Below are positions 11,108 to 20,131 of a stretch of 47,829 nt of DNA, piece after piece. Where the stretch lies: positions 1 to 47,829 of the forward strand of contig CANROK010000003.1 of the NCBI GenBank assembly GCA_947632205.1, read 5' to 3'. The notes beneath the pieces were generated by a model. That model was not told where the DNA came from. It worked only from the letters and a program-made list of their open reading frames with translations, and did not search any database. Numbering within the stretch: position 1 is the stretch's first letter; each line of letters opens with the position of its first letter. The translations under genes were made by a program, and so were the position numbers. Source of the DNA: an uncultured Bacilli bacterium. GTDB lineage: Bacteria; Bacillota_I; Bacilli_A; RF39; UBA660.

Positions 11108-12229
11108 TTATTTTTCAGTAATTAAATTCAAAAAATATTTTTGAATTATGGCCATTATTTCTTGGTAATTATTACATTCACCTATATTACATATTTTTTC
11201 ATCTGTATTTGGGTAGTAATAATAATTTTCAATTTGAACATTAGCACTATTATAAACTTGAACAAACAATTTATCATTATCCAATTTGTATATTATATTA
11301 TAAATGTAATTATTCATTTTATAGTTTAGTACTAATTTATTAATTTCACTAAGATATTCAAAATAATAATTATTAATCTTTTTAATTATTAATCCATCAT
11401 CTGTTTTATTAAAACCATTAGCTAGTAATATAGCTTCAATTTCACTATTAATATCTGATTTAAAACTCATTTCTTTAACATTGGCTTCATTAAATATTTT
11501 ATTGTTAGAAAAATCTAAAATAAAATTTAACTTTGAATCAAATAATTGTGAATCTTTTCCATCTTTATTAATAATTACTCTTATATATAAATTATCAATA
11601 TATTTACTTAAATCGTCCATTTTAATGTAACTATCATAATTAGAAAAACTTATATTATCTAAACTACTATATGTTCTAAGTATAGTTTCTTTTCCATTTT
11701 CTATATAATATAAATCTATATTTATATTTGAATTTGAAATATCTACATTTCTTAATTCTATATTACCTAAATTTAATTCATCTTTAATTTTAGTATCAAC
11801 AAAAATACCATCTATTCCTAAAAATTCATCATTCTCAAAATAGACTTTATAAACTTTAAATTTATTGTAACTATTAATAAAGATGATAGCTATAATTAAA
11901 ATAATTGAAATTATTAACGAACCAATTACAAAATATTTTAATCTTCTTTTACCTTTATTGGTAATTCGATGAAATTCATTAATTACAGCATCAACCACTT
12001 CATCATCTTCATTGTCATCAGCCATTCTTGCTTCGAGCAAATTATGAAATGATACACCAAAATATTTACTAATTAAATAAATCATATCAATATTAGGATA
12101 TGTACTACCATTTTCCCATCTCGATATTGATTTATCACTTATACCTAATTCATCTGCTAACTCTTTTTGAGTTAAATTTCTCTCTTTCCTTAGGTTAGAA
12201 AGAATATCTCCTAATTTATTACCTTTCAT
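11108..12229 (-). CDS. Membrane-anchored XRE-family HTH regulator with large C-terminal domain
   Basis: XRE HTH (LRKERNLTQKELADELGISDKSISRWENG) followed by one TM helix (YFVIGSLIISIILIIAIIFI) and about 250 aa of C-terminal domain. Start probably the ATG at 12229. Confidence 0.88.
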   Translation of the reverse strand: MKGNKLGDILSNLRKERNLTQKELADELGISDKSISRWENGSTYPNIDMIYLISKYFGVSFHNLLEARMADDNEDDEVVDAVINEFHRITNKGKRRLKYFVIGSLIISIILIIAIIFINSYNKFKVYKVYFENDEFLGIDGIFVDTKIKDELNLGNIELRNVDISNSNINIDLYYIENGKETILRTYSSLDNISFSNYDSYIKMDDLSKYIDNLYIRVIINKDGKDSQLFDSKLNFILDFSNNKIFNEANVKEMSFKSDINSEIEAILLANGFNKTDDGLIIKKINNYYFEYLSEINKLVLNYKMNNYIYNIIYKLDNDKLFVQVYNSANVQIENYYYYPNTDEKICNIGECNNYQEIMAIIQKYFLNLITEK

Positions 12230-12244
12230 ACTACACCACAACTT

Positions 12245-12868
12245 TCAAATTTCTTTATTCTTTTCTTTACATCTATCTTTAAATGGACAATTCTTACAAC
12301 AAGGTTTAACACTTTTACAATAATATCTACCAAAGAGTACTAATTGATGATGTAATCTACTCCATTTATCTTTAGGAAAAAAACGCATTAATTTTTTTTC
12401 AATTATTAAAACATCATCATTATTTTTAGCTATACCCAAACGCTTAGATATTCGACTAACATGAGTATCAACAGCAAAAGTTGGCTCATTAAATAAATTG
12501 GCCAAAACAACATTAGTGGTTTTTCTACCTACACCTGGTAAACTTTCTAAATAATTTCTATCATTGGGAACGACACCATTGTAATCATTAATTAAAAAAT
12601 TAGCAATCCCCTTTATATATTGAGCTTTTCTTGTATATGTACCAACCGGTTTTATTATATTTTCAATTGTTTTTAAATCTAATTCACTTAATTCTTTTAA
12701 ATTATATTTAAATAAATTTTTAGTTACTATATTAACTCTTTTATCAGTTGATTGGGCTGATAAAACAGTTGCTAATAATAATTCATAATCTTTTGTATAT
12801 TCAAGTTCACAATGGGGATTTGGAATTATTTTATCTAAATAATCAATTATTTCTTCACTACTTATCAT
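12245..12868 (-). CDS. nth: Endonuclease III
   Basis: LSAQSTD, HhH motif LPGVGRKT, AVDTHV and an Fe-S motif C-X6-C-X2-C-X5-C. Confidence 0.96.
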   Translation of the reverse strand: MISSEEIIDYLDKIIPNPHCELEYTKDYELLLATVLSAQSTDKRVNIVTKNLFKYNLKELSELDLKTIENIIKPVGTYTRKAQYIKGIANFLINDYNGVVPNDRNYLESLPGVGRKTTNVVLANLFNEPTFAVDTHVSRISKRLGIAKNNDDVLIIEKKLMRFFPKDKWSRLHHQLVLFGRYYCKSVKPCCKNCPFKDRCKEKNKEI

Positions 12869-13499
12869 AATTATCTAGCCAATCATACTCCCATATACTA
12901 GTTTCTTCCGTAACTTTATTATTTTCACTTTTACTTTTAAAATAATTTTCCACATCTTCTTTAGTCTTTAATCCTTTTTTATTCCATTCATAAAGTATAG
13001 TATCAATGTATTTTGTATTAGTTGCGCCATTATAAACAGCTTCATCTAAAGCCGCTAAAACTATCTCTTCATTATACATACTTTCACTCCATACTTTAAT
13101 GTGTTCAATTTCATTACTGCGTAAAGGTCTTTGAAATTTATTTTGAAAAATTGTAAAAATATCTTCCTTATTTTTCTTTTTCCTTTCCTTTATCTTTTCT
13201 TCTTCTATACCTTTATAAAAACCATCTAAAGAAATTTTATCTGTTCTTTTACCTAATTCATTTTTATCACTGATGAGTGTTATTAACTTCTTATTTAATA
13301 AATTATTAAAGGCCTCTAAAACAGCTTCATTTTTTATTTTTAATTTATTAGTAATTCTTTCTAAATCAAAAGTTAAATCATCAGCATTAATAAAATATAA
13401 TAATAGTAAAAATTCATGTAATGATAAATTCAATTTACAAGCTTCTTCAATAAAGTCAGTATCAACAACATATTTTTTACTATTACTCATTAATATCAT
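12858..13499 (-). CDS. dnaD: DnaD domain replication protein
   Basis: FQRPLRSNEIE and ALDEAV...KYIDTILYEW (YxxxILxxW). dnaD-nth order as in Bacilli. True start may be the ATG at 13490. Confidence 0.9.
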   Translation of the reverse strand: MILMSNSKKYVVDTDFIEEACKLNLSLHEFLLLLYFINADDLTFDLERITNKLKIKNEAVLEAFNNLLNKKLITLISDKNELGKRTDKISLDGFYKGIEEEKIKERKKKNKEDIFTIFQNKFQRPLRSNEIEHIKVWSESMYNEEIVLAALDEAVYNGATNTKYIDTILYEWNKKGLKTKEDVENYFKSKSENNKVTEETSIWEYDWLDNYDK

Positions 13500-13500
13500 C

Positions 13501-14577
13501 CTATCTATTTAACAAATATTTTTTTAATTCTTTATTATTATTTTTTAATTTACCATTTAAAATTTGATTAATTAAATGATTCTTTATTTTTTTTATTTTT
13601 TCACCTGGTTTTATATCTAATAATGCCATTATTTCTTCACTACTTATTTTTAAATCTTTCTCATGCTGGATAGGTAAATCATTAAATATTTTATTAATTT
13701 TTTTACTATCGATATTAAGTATTTCTCCTGCTACTAAAGATGTATATAATCCATATTGAAACAATGTTTGATTATCAATAATACCTTTCTTAACTATTTG
13801 TCTAATGTTTATTATATTTCTATTTTCTTGTTTTGTAAATGCATAATTTTTAGGAACATCTAACTGAGCCCACATACCACAAATATCTCTAACATAAGTT
13901 ATATCATTATATTTAATATTTAATAAATCTAATATTTGATAATCTTTTAATAATTCTAAACCTTTATAAAAATTTTTACTTAACAATATTTTATTTAATT
14001 CATTTTTTATTCTTATATCTGACAAAGTTTTAACTAACTCATAATTATTTCTAATTTCTTGATCTAAATTTTTATCTATATCAAAATTTAAAACACAAGC
14101 AAATCTTATGGCTCTAAGGATTCTTAAGGGATCTTCTTCTAATTTTTCTTTAATATTGCCATTCATTTTAATTAAATGTTTATTTAAATCTTCAATACCA
14201 TTTACTAAATCAATTACTTTTTCATTTTTATCCATACAAATAGAATTAATTGTAAAATCTCTTCTTTTAACATCTTCTTTTAAATCATTAATATATATGA
14301 GCTCTGTTGGTTTTCTTTTATCATATTTTAATTCTTTACGATAAGTTGTAATATCAACATTATAATCTTTTATTTGTAAATTAAAGCCACCATAATCATT
14401 TGAATTACTATTATTTGGAAATAATTTATGAAGATCTTTGGGTAATGCATTGGTACAGATATCAATATCCTTAACATTAATACCTAATAGATAATCTCTA
14501 ACAAAGCCACCAACAAAATATGCTTCAAAACCAGCTGATTCTATTTTAATTAAAATTTTCTTTAAAATTTTATCCAT
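13501..14577 (-). CDS. cca: CCA tRNA nucleotidyltransferase
   Basis: YFVGGFVRD, DIDI, RRDFTINS and EDPLRILRAIRF. Confidence 0.93.
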   Translation of the reverse strand: MDKILKKILIKIESAGFEAYFVGGFVRDYLLGINVKDIDICTNALPKDLHKLFPNNSNSNDYGGFNLQIKDYNVDITTYRKELKYDKRKPTELIYINDLKEDVKRRDFTINSICMDKNEKVIDLVNGIEDLNKHLIKMNGNIKEKLEEDPLRILRAIRFACVLNFDIDKNLDQEIRNNYELVKTLSDIRIKNELNKILLSKNFYKGLELLKDYQILDLLNIKYNDITYVRDICGMWAQLDVPKNYAFTKQENRNIINIRQIVKKGIIDNQTLFQYGLYTSLVAGEILNIDSKKINKIFNDLPIQHEKDLKISSEEIMALLDIKPGEKIKKIKNHLINQILNGKLKNNNKELKKYLLNR

Positions 14578-14588
14578 TTAACATCTCC

Positions 14589-15407
14589 TTATTTTTGACA
14601 ATGTTCACAATAATATGTACTTCTTCCACCAACTTTAATTCTTTTTATTTTATTATGACAAATTGGACATTCTTGTCCTTCTTTCTTATGAACTAATAAA
14701 TAATTTTGATAAGATCCAGTTACTCCTAAACTTGATGTATAACTTCTAATAGTTGTACCACCATGTTTTATTGCTTCTTTTATAATTTCATTAGCAGATG
14801 ATACAATACTAGCACACTCATCTAAGGAAAGAGATTTAGCATCTCTTAAAGGATTAATTTTACTTTTAAATAAAACTTCATCGGCATAAATATTACCAAG
14901 TCCACTTATAATTGTTTGATCTAGTAAAGCCGTTTTTATTGGCATTGTTTTATTTTTAAATTTATCTTTTAAATACTCTTTAGTTAATTCTTTGCTATTT
15001 GGTTCATATCCTTGTTTTTGAATTTCTTCCGTAGTTTCTAAATCTTCTTTATTGATTAATTTCATTCTTCCAAATTTTCTTGTATCATGATATCTAAGTT
15101 CACTATTATCTAAAAAAGTAATAATAACATGTTCATGTTTATTTATATCTTCTTCATGATTTTTAATAAAAAATTTTCCTTCCATTCTTAAATGACTTAA
15201 TAAATAATATTTATCAAGTTCAAATATTAACCATTTTCCTCTTCTTAATATATCTTTAAAACTATTATTAATTAATATTTTCTTAAATTCTTCTTTATCA
15301 TTTTCAATCATTTTCGAATAAAGGATATTAACATCTTTAATTTTTTTATTTAGTATTTGTTTTTTTAAAGCATTTCTTACTGTTTCTACTTCTGCAATCT
15401 CTGGCAT
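14589..15407 (-). CDS. mutM: Formamidopyrimidine-DNA glycosylase
   Basis: MPEIAEVETV N-terminus (ATG at 15407), HLRMEG, GLGNIYADE and a C-terminal zinc finger CPIC...CEHC. Confidence 0.96.
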   Translation of the reverse strand: MPEIAEVETVRNALKKQILNKKIKDVNILYSKMIENDKEEFKKILINNSFKDILRRGKWLIFELDKYYLLSHLRMEGKFFIKNHEEDINKHEHVIITFLDNSELRYHDTRKFGRMKLINKEDLETTEEIQKQGYEPNSKELTKEYLKDKFKNKTMPIKTALLDQTIISGLGNIYADEVLFKSKINPLRDAKSLSLDECASIVSSANEIIKEAIKHGGTTIRSYTSSLGVTGSYQNYLLVHKKEGQECPICHNKIKRIKVGGRSTYYCEHCQK

Positions 15408-15579
15408 TGTTATCACCACTAATATTGTATCACTTATTATTTTTTTATAAAAGTTAATAATATCTTTTTGACAAAAAAATCTAGTTCATTTCAAACTAGA
15501 TTTTAAAGTTTCAACTTTATACCTTTATATCTTGTTAAGTCAATAAAAGAATATTCTTTTATCTATATTATATATAATC

Positions 15580-15686
15580 ACTTGATAACTTGCAGTATCC
15601 TATTTACAGGAAGTGTAAGTTTTACGCCGACTTATATTTTTGATCAACACTACCTAAGGTATTCCTACTATAGGAATGTCTTTTTT
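15580..15686 (+). ncRNA. Candidate structured small RNA
   Basis: TATAAT at 15573-15578, several stems, and a terminator GGTATTCCTA-CTA-TAGGAATGTC-TTTTTT whose G-U pairs work only on the plus strand. No credible ORF. Confidence 0.45.
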
Positions 15687-15889
15687 AATAATTACTATAA
15701 CTATATATAACAATACTAATATCGTTAATATCAAATAATTCAATTTAATTTAAAATGAAATAAAGATTAGAAATTTGTTAAAATATAAATTTTTTTGAGT
15801 AATGTTTTTGAAAAAATTTATTTTTATATTAAGTATTTTGTAGTATAATGTAAGTAAAATAAATATTGATAGAGACAAAGGTGATTTTT

Positions 15890-16570
15890 ATGAAAAACAA
15901 ATTTAATTTAACAAGAGACCAAAATATATTTATAGCAAAAAGAAATATAGTTGATTATATTTGGAAAAGCGCTAATTTAGAAGGCATTGGAGTAACATAT
16001 CCAGAAACACAAGCAATATATGATGGCGGTATAGTTAATGGACTTACTGTCGATAAAATAATTGCTATTAATAACTTAAAATTTGCTTGGCAATTTATAC
16101 TTGAAAGCGATGAAATTGACTATGATTTTAAAGCATTGTGTCAATTACACAAATTAATATGTGATAAATTAGTTTTGGAACAAAATTTAGGTAAATTAAG
16201 AAGTACACCTGTAAATGTTGGCGGTACTACTTGGACACCTCAATTCCCAATAGAAAGTCAAATCAAAGAAGAGTTAGAAAAATTACTTAATCAAACTGAT
16301 AAAACTAAAACGGAAATAGCGATTGAAGTAATGTTATGGATTATGAGAAGACAAATGTTTATTGATGGAAATAAAAGAGTTGCTATGCTATTTGCAAATA
16401 AAATAATGATAGACAGTGGATGTGGAATAATAACTATTTCACAAGCAAACCAACCAACTTTCTTTGAAAAATTAATTAAATTTTATGAATCTGAAGATAA
16501 TACAAATTTAAAACAATGGATTTATGAAACAAGTATTGATGGAATTGAATTAAATAATAACAATAACTAA
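15890..16570 (+). CDS. Fic-domain protein with degenerate catalytic motif
   Basis: IWKSANLEG and motif QMFIDGNKR, where the canonical HxFx(D/E)GNGR His is replaced by Gln. ATG at 15890 behind AAGGTGA. Confidence 0.88.
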   Translation: MKNKFNLTRDQNIFIAKRNIVDYIWKSANLEGIGVTYPETQAIYDGGIVNGLTVDKIIAINNLKFAWQFILESDEIDYDFKALCQLHKLICDKLVLEQNLGKLRSTPVNVGGTTWTPQFPIESQIKEELEKLLNQTDKTKTEIAIEVMLWIMRRQMFIDGNKRVAMLFANKIMIDSGCGIITISQANQPTFFEKLIKFYESEDNTNLKQWIYETSIDGIELNNNNN

Positions 16571-16686
16571 ATATGAGTTGTATCAAATCAGATCCACAAT
16601 AAAACCAGATGAAACAGCAAGTATCTATGATACAAGTACTATTCTAACAAGTAGTGATAAAATTATAGTATTAAAAGATGGAACAT

Positions 16687-16729
16687 AAAAGAAAAAGAAC
16701 TCTACAATTTACTGTAAAGTTCTTTTCTT
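16687..16729 (-). terminator. Intrinsic terminator of polA
   Basis: Minus strand AGAACTTTACAG-TAAA-TTGTAGAGTTCT followed by TTTTCTTTT, directly after the polA stop. Confidence 0.7.
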
Positions 16730-19307
16730 ATTTAGCATCATACCAATTTATTCCGGTATTTATTTCAATTTTTAAAGGTACTTTTAATTTTACAACATTT
16801 TCCATAGCATCTTTTAATAATTCTTTTAATTTATCTACTTCATCTTCACATGCATCAATAATAATTTCATCATGAATTTGTAAAATCATTTCACTTTTTA
16901 AATTATTTTCTTGCATTCTTTTATATACTTCAATCATTGCTAATTTCATAATATCGGCACTTGACCCTTGAATTGGTGTATTTAAAGCCATTCTTTCCCC
17001 CATTGTTCTAATATGATAATTTGTATTTTTTAATTCTTGAATTTTTCTAATTCTTCCAAACATTGTTTTTACTTCCCCTGTGTTATAAGCATAACTAACA
17101 ATGTCAGTCATATATTTTTTTACTCCTGGATAAAGTTCATAATATTTATCAATAAAATGTTTAGCAGAGGCAGCTGAAATATTTAAGTTTTCTCCTAAAC
17201 CAAAACCACTTATTCCATAAACAATACCAAAAATAACAGCTTTAGCCATACTACGCATTTGTTTAGTTACTTCACTTTCTTTTATACCATGAATATCTGC
17301 AGCCACTTTAGTATGAATATCTTCATTATGAATAAAGGCATCAATTAACTCTTGGCAATCCGAAATATGGGCAAGTATTCTAAGTTCTATTTGCGAATAA
17401 TCAGCACTTAATATTAAATCATTACTAGGGATAAAAGCTAATCTTATCTTCTTACCTAATTCATCTTTTACTGGTATATTTTGTAAATTTGGTTCAATAG
17501 ATGATAATCTGCCAGTTCTTGTTAAAGTTTGATTAAAAATAGTGTGAATTTTTCCATCAGATAAAACATAATCAGGTAATCCTTCAATATATGTAGATAA
17601 TAATTTAGTTAGATTACGAAATTCTAAAACTTTAGGAATTATCGGATGGGTATTTATATATTTAGTTAAAGTTTTACTATCTGTTTTATAACCACGATTT
17701 ATTTTTTTACTTTTTCCTATTTCCATTTTCTCAAATAACACAATACTTAATTGCTTAGGACTTGCTATATTAAATTCTTCACCACTTAATTCGTAAATTT
17801 CTTTACTAATTTGTTCAATTTTTTCAGTTATTTCTTTTTGCATTTTTGCAAGAGGACTTTCATCGAATTTAAAACCATTTACTTCCATATTGGCTAAAAC
17901 TTCAATTAAAGGCATTTCTATTTTATTAAACACTTCTTCTTGTTTAGTTTCTGCAATTTTTTTTAATATTTCATCAGTATAATTATAAATAAAATGACTT
18001 TTTAAGCAAATATTATTTTTTAAATTAACAAAATTATTTTTTTTATCTTCATCATAACTTGCTATATCTATATTATATTTATGCATTAAATTACTAATAT
18101 CTTCACTAGCAGGATAATCAACTAAATAAGATGCCACCATTAAATCACACTTACAATTTAATCTAATATTAAATTTAACTAATATTTTCTTTAAATCATA
18201 TGTTACAATATTTTTATCTTTTATTAAAGGTATGATATTATTAATTAATTCTTTTTTAATAAAATAAGTATTATTTTTATCTGTTATAGCTAAACCCAAA
18301 ATATTACCCTTGTGATAATTTATATCATCTACTTCTAAATAGATAGCAATATTTTGTTCTAATTTTAAAGTTTCTAGATTATCTACTTCAATAATATTTA
18401 AAATATTTTCTTCTTTTATTTCCTTTAATTCTTCTTTTTCATCATTTACTTTTAAATTTTTTAACATAGAATAAAATTCTAATTCTTCATATATTTTTTT
18501 CAACTCTTCATAATGAATCCCATTATATTTAAATTCTTCAAAAGAAACTTCTAAAGGTACTTCTCTATATATAGTGGCTAATTCATAACTCATATAAGCA
18601 TTTTCTTTATCATTTAAAAGTTTTTCTTGCGTTTTACCTTTAATTTCATTTATATGATCATAAATACCATCTAAAGAGCCATATTCTTGTAATAATTTTA
18701 AAGCTGTCTTTTCACCAATACCTTTAACTCCCGGAATATTATCAGATGAATCACCCATTAAAGCTTTTAAATCAATTATTTTAATTGGTTCTATTCCATA
18801 CTCTTGTTTAAAAGATTCATTATTAAAACGTATAAATCCCGTTTGTTTTAATAATTTCATTTCCGTTTCAAAACTTATTAATTGCAGTAAATCTTTATCA
18901 CTAGATACAATTAAAGAATAATATTCTGGATTTTTTTCTGCTATATTTACCACTGTTCCAATAATATCATCGGCTTCATATGGACACATTTCTAAATATT
19001 TTATTCCCATTGCATCAAGTATTTTTCTTGCCATTGGCATTTGTAATTTTAAATCATCTGGTGTTTCACTTCTTCCTTCTTTATAAAAATCATATTTTTC
19101 TTTTCGAAAATTTTTACCAATATCAAAAGCCACCATCATATATTCTGGATTTTCTTCATTAATGATTTTATTTAACATTCCAACAAAGCCATATAAACCA
19201 TTGGTTGGAAACCCTTTACTATTCCGCATAATTGTTCCTGTATAGGCAGTTGCATAATATGAACGAAACATTAAATTATTACCATCTACCAAAACTACTT
19301 TTTTCAA
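16728..19307 (-). CDS. polA: DNA polymerase I
   Basis: 5'-3' exonuclease motifs (VDGN, YEADD, GDSSDNIPGVKGIGEKTA) and polymerase motifs (TGRLSS, DYSQIELR, FGIVYG, QIHDE). TTG start behind AGGTGA. Confidence 0.98.
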   Translation of the reverse strand: MKKVVLVDGNNLMFRSYYATAYTGTIMRNSKGFPTNGLYGFVGMLNKIINEENPEYMMVAFDIGKNFRKEKYDFYKEGRSETPDDLKLQMPMARKILDAMGIKYLEMCPYEADDIIGTVVNIAEKNPEYYSLIVSSDKDLLQLISFETEMKLLKQTGFIRFNNESFKQEYGIEPIKIIDLKALMGDSSDNIPGVKGIGEKTALKLLQEYGSLDGIYDHINEIKGKTQEKLLNDKENAYMSYELATIYREVPLEVSFEEFKYNGIHYEELKKIYEELEFYSMLKNLKVNDEKEELKEIKEENILNIIEVDNLETLKLEQNIAIYLEVDDINYHKGNILGLAITDKNNTYFIKKELINNIIPLIKDKNIVTYDLKKILVKFNIRLNCKCDLMVASYLVDYPASEDISNLMHKYNIDIASYDEDKKNNFVNLKNNICLKSHFIYNYTDEILKKIAETKQEEVFNKIEMPLIEVLANMEVNGFKFDESPLAKMQKEITEKIEQISKEIYELSGEEFNIASPKQLSIVLFEKMEIGKSKKINRGYKTDSKTLTKYINTHPIIPKVLEFRNLTKLLSTYIEGLPDYVLSDGKIHTIFNQTLTRTGRLSSIEPNLQNIPVKDELGKKIRLAFIPSNDLILSADYSQIELRILAHISDCQELIDAFIHNEDIHTKVAADIHGIKESEVTKQMRSMAKAVIFGIVYGISGFGLGENLNISAASAKHFIDKYYELYPGVKKYMTDIVSYAYNTGEVKTMFGRIRKIQELKNTNYHIRTMGERMALNTPIQGSSADIMKLAMIEVYKRMQENNLKSEMILQIHDEIIIDACEDEVDKLKELLKDAMENVVKLKVPLKIEINTGINWYDAK

Positions 19308-19410
19308 TTTAACTTCACCTAACTATATTATATCTAAAAAAGCACACATTTTAAAGAATTTATTTTATACAAAAAAGAAATTAACATATAATTTATTAGG
19401 ATGTGTTATA

Positions 19411-20097
19411 ATGTTTTTAAATTTTTTAAATTTAATTAAAAATATGCTTTTTTTTACCGGTTCTTATGGTAATAATGTTTTTCCTCCTCCCTTGAGTAAC
19501 GAGGAAGAAAATTTATATGTTGATAGAATGTTAAAAGGTGATAAAGATGCTCGGTGCAAACTAATTGAACATAATTTACGTTTAGTTGCTCATATTGTAA
19601 AAAAATTTGATAATAAAAATACTGATACTGACGATTTAATTTCAATTGGTACTATTGGCTTAATAAAAGGTATTGATACATACAAAAAAACACCAACAGT
19701 TAAAATAACAACTTATGCTGCTCGGTGCATTCAAAATGAAATATTAATGTATTATAGGAGTAATAAAAAGAATCAATATACAATTTCCCTAAACGATTCC
19801 ATTGGCTATGATAAAGAAGGTAATGAAATTAATTTAGTAGATATGCTAGAAGATAAAAATGAGGATATTTTAGATACTATCCAAATAAAAGATAATATTA
19901 ATTTATTAAATAAATATATGAAAAAATTAAATAAAAGAGAAAAAGAAATAATAATTAAAAGATATGGTTTAAATAATGAAAAAGAACTAACCCAAAAAGA
20001 AATAGCAGATTATTTAGGTATATCAAGAAGTTATGTTTCTAGAATTGAAAAAAGAGCATTAACAAAAATATTAAGAGAATTTAAATTAAACAAATAA
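19411..20097 (+). CDS. sigK: Sporulation sigma factor SigK (pro-form, uninterrupted)
   Basis: Hydrophobic pro-sequence then NNVFPPPL, LIEHNLRLVAHIVKKF, DDLISIGTIGLIK, TYAARCIQNEILM and GISRSYVSRIEKRAL. Confidence 0.93.
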   Translation: MFLNFLNLIKNMLFFTGSYGNNVFPPPLSNEEENLYVDRMLKGDKDARCKLIEHNLRLVAHIVKKFDNKNTDTDDLISIGTIGLIKGIDTYKKTPTVKITTYAARCIQNEILMYYRSNKKNQYTISLNDSIGYDKEGNEINLVDMLEDKNEDILDTIQIKDNINLLNKYMKKLNKREKEIIIKRYGLNNEKELTQKEIADYLGISRSYVSRIEKRALTKILREFKLNK

Positions 20098-20129
20098 AAA
20101 AATACTGAATTCTTACTTCAGTATTTTTT
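20096..20129. terminator. Bidirectional terminator between convergent sigK and YfcC-like gene
   Basis: AAAAAATACTGAA-N7-TTCAGTATTTTTT inverted repeat. Confidence 0.75.
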
Positions 20130-20131
20130 AA

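Noticed and set aside
19411-20097. skin-type element interrupting sigK
   Set aside because: The ORF is continuous from the pro-sequence to region 4, with no recombinase nearby.
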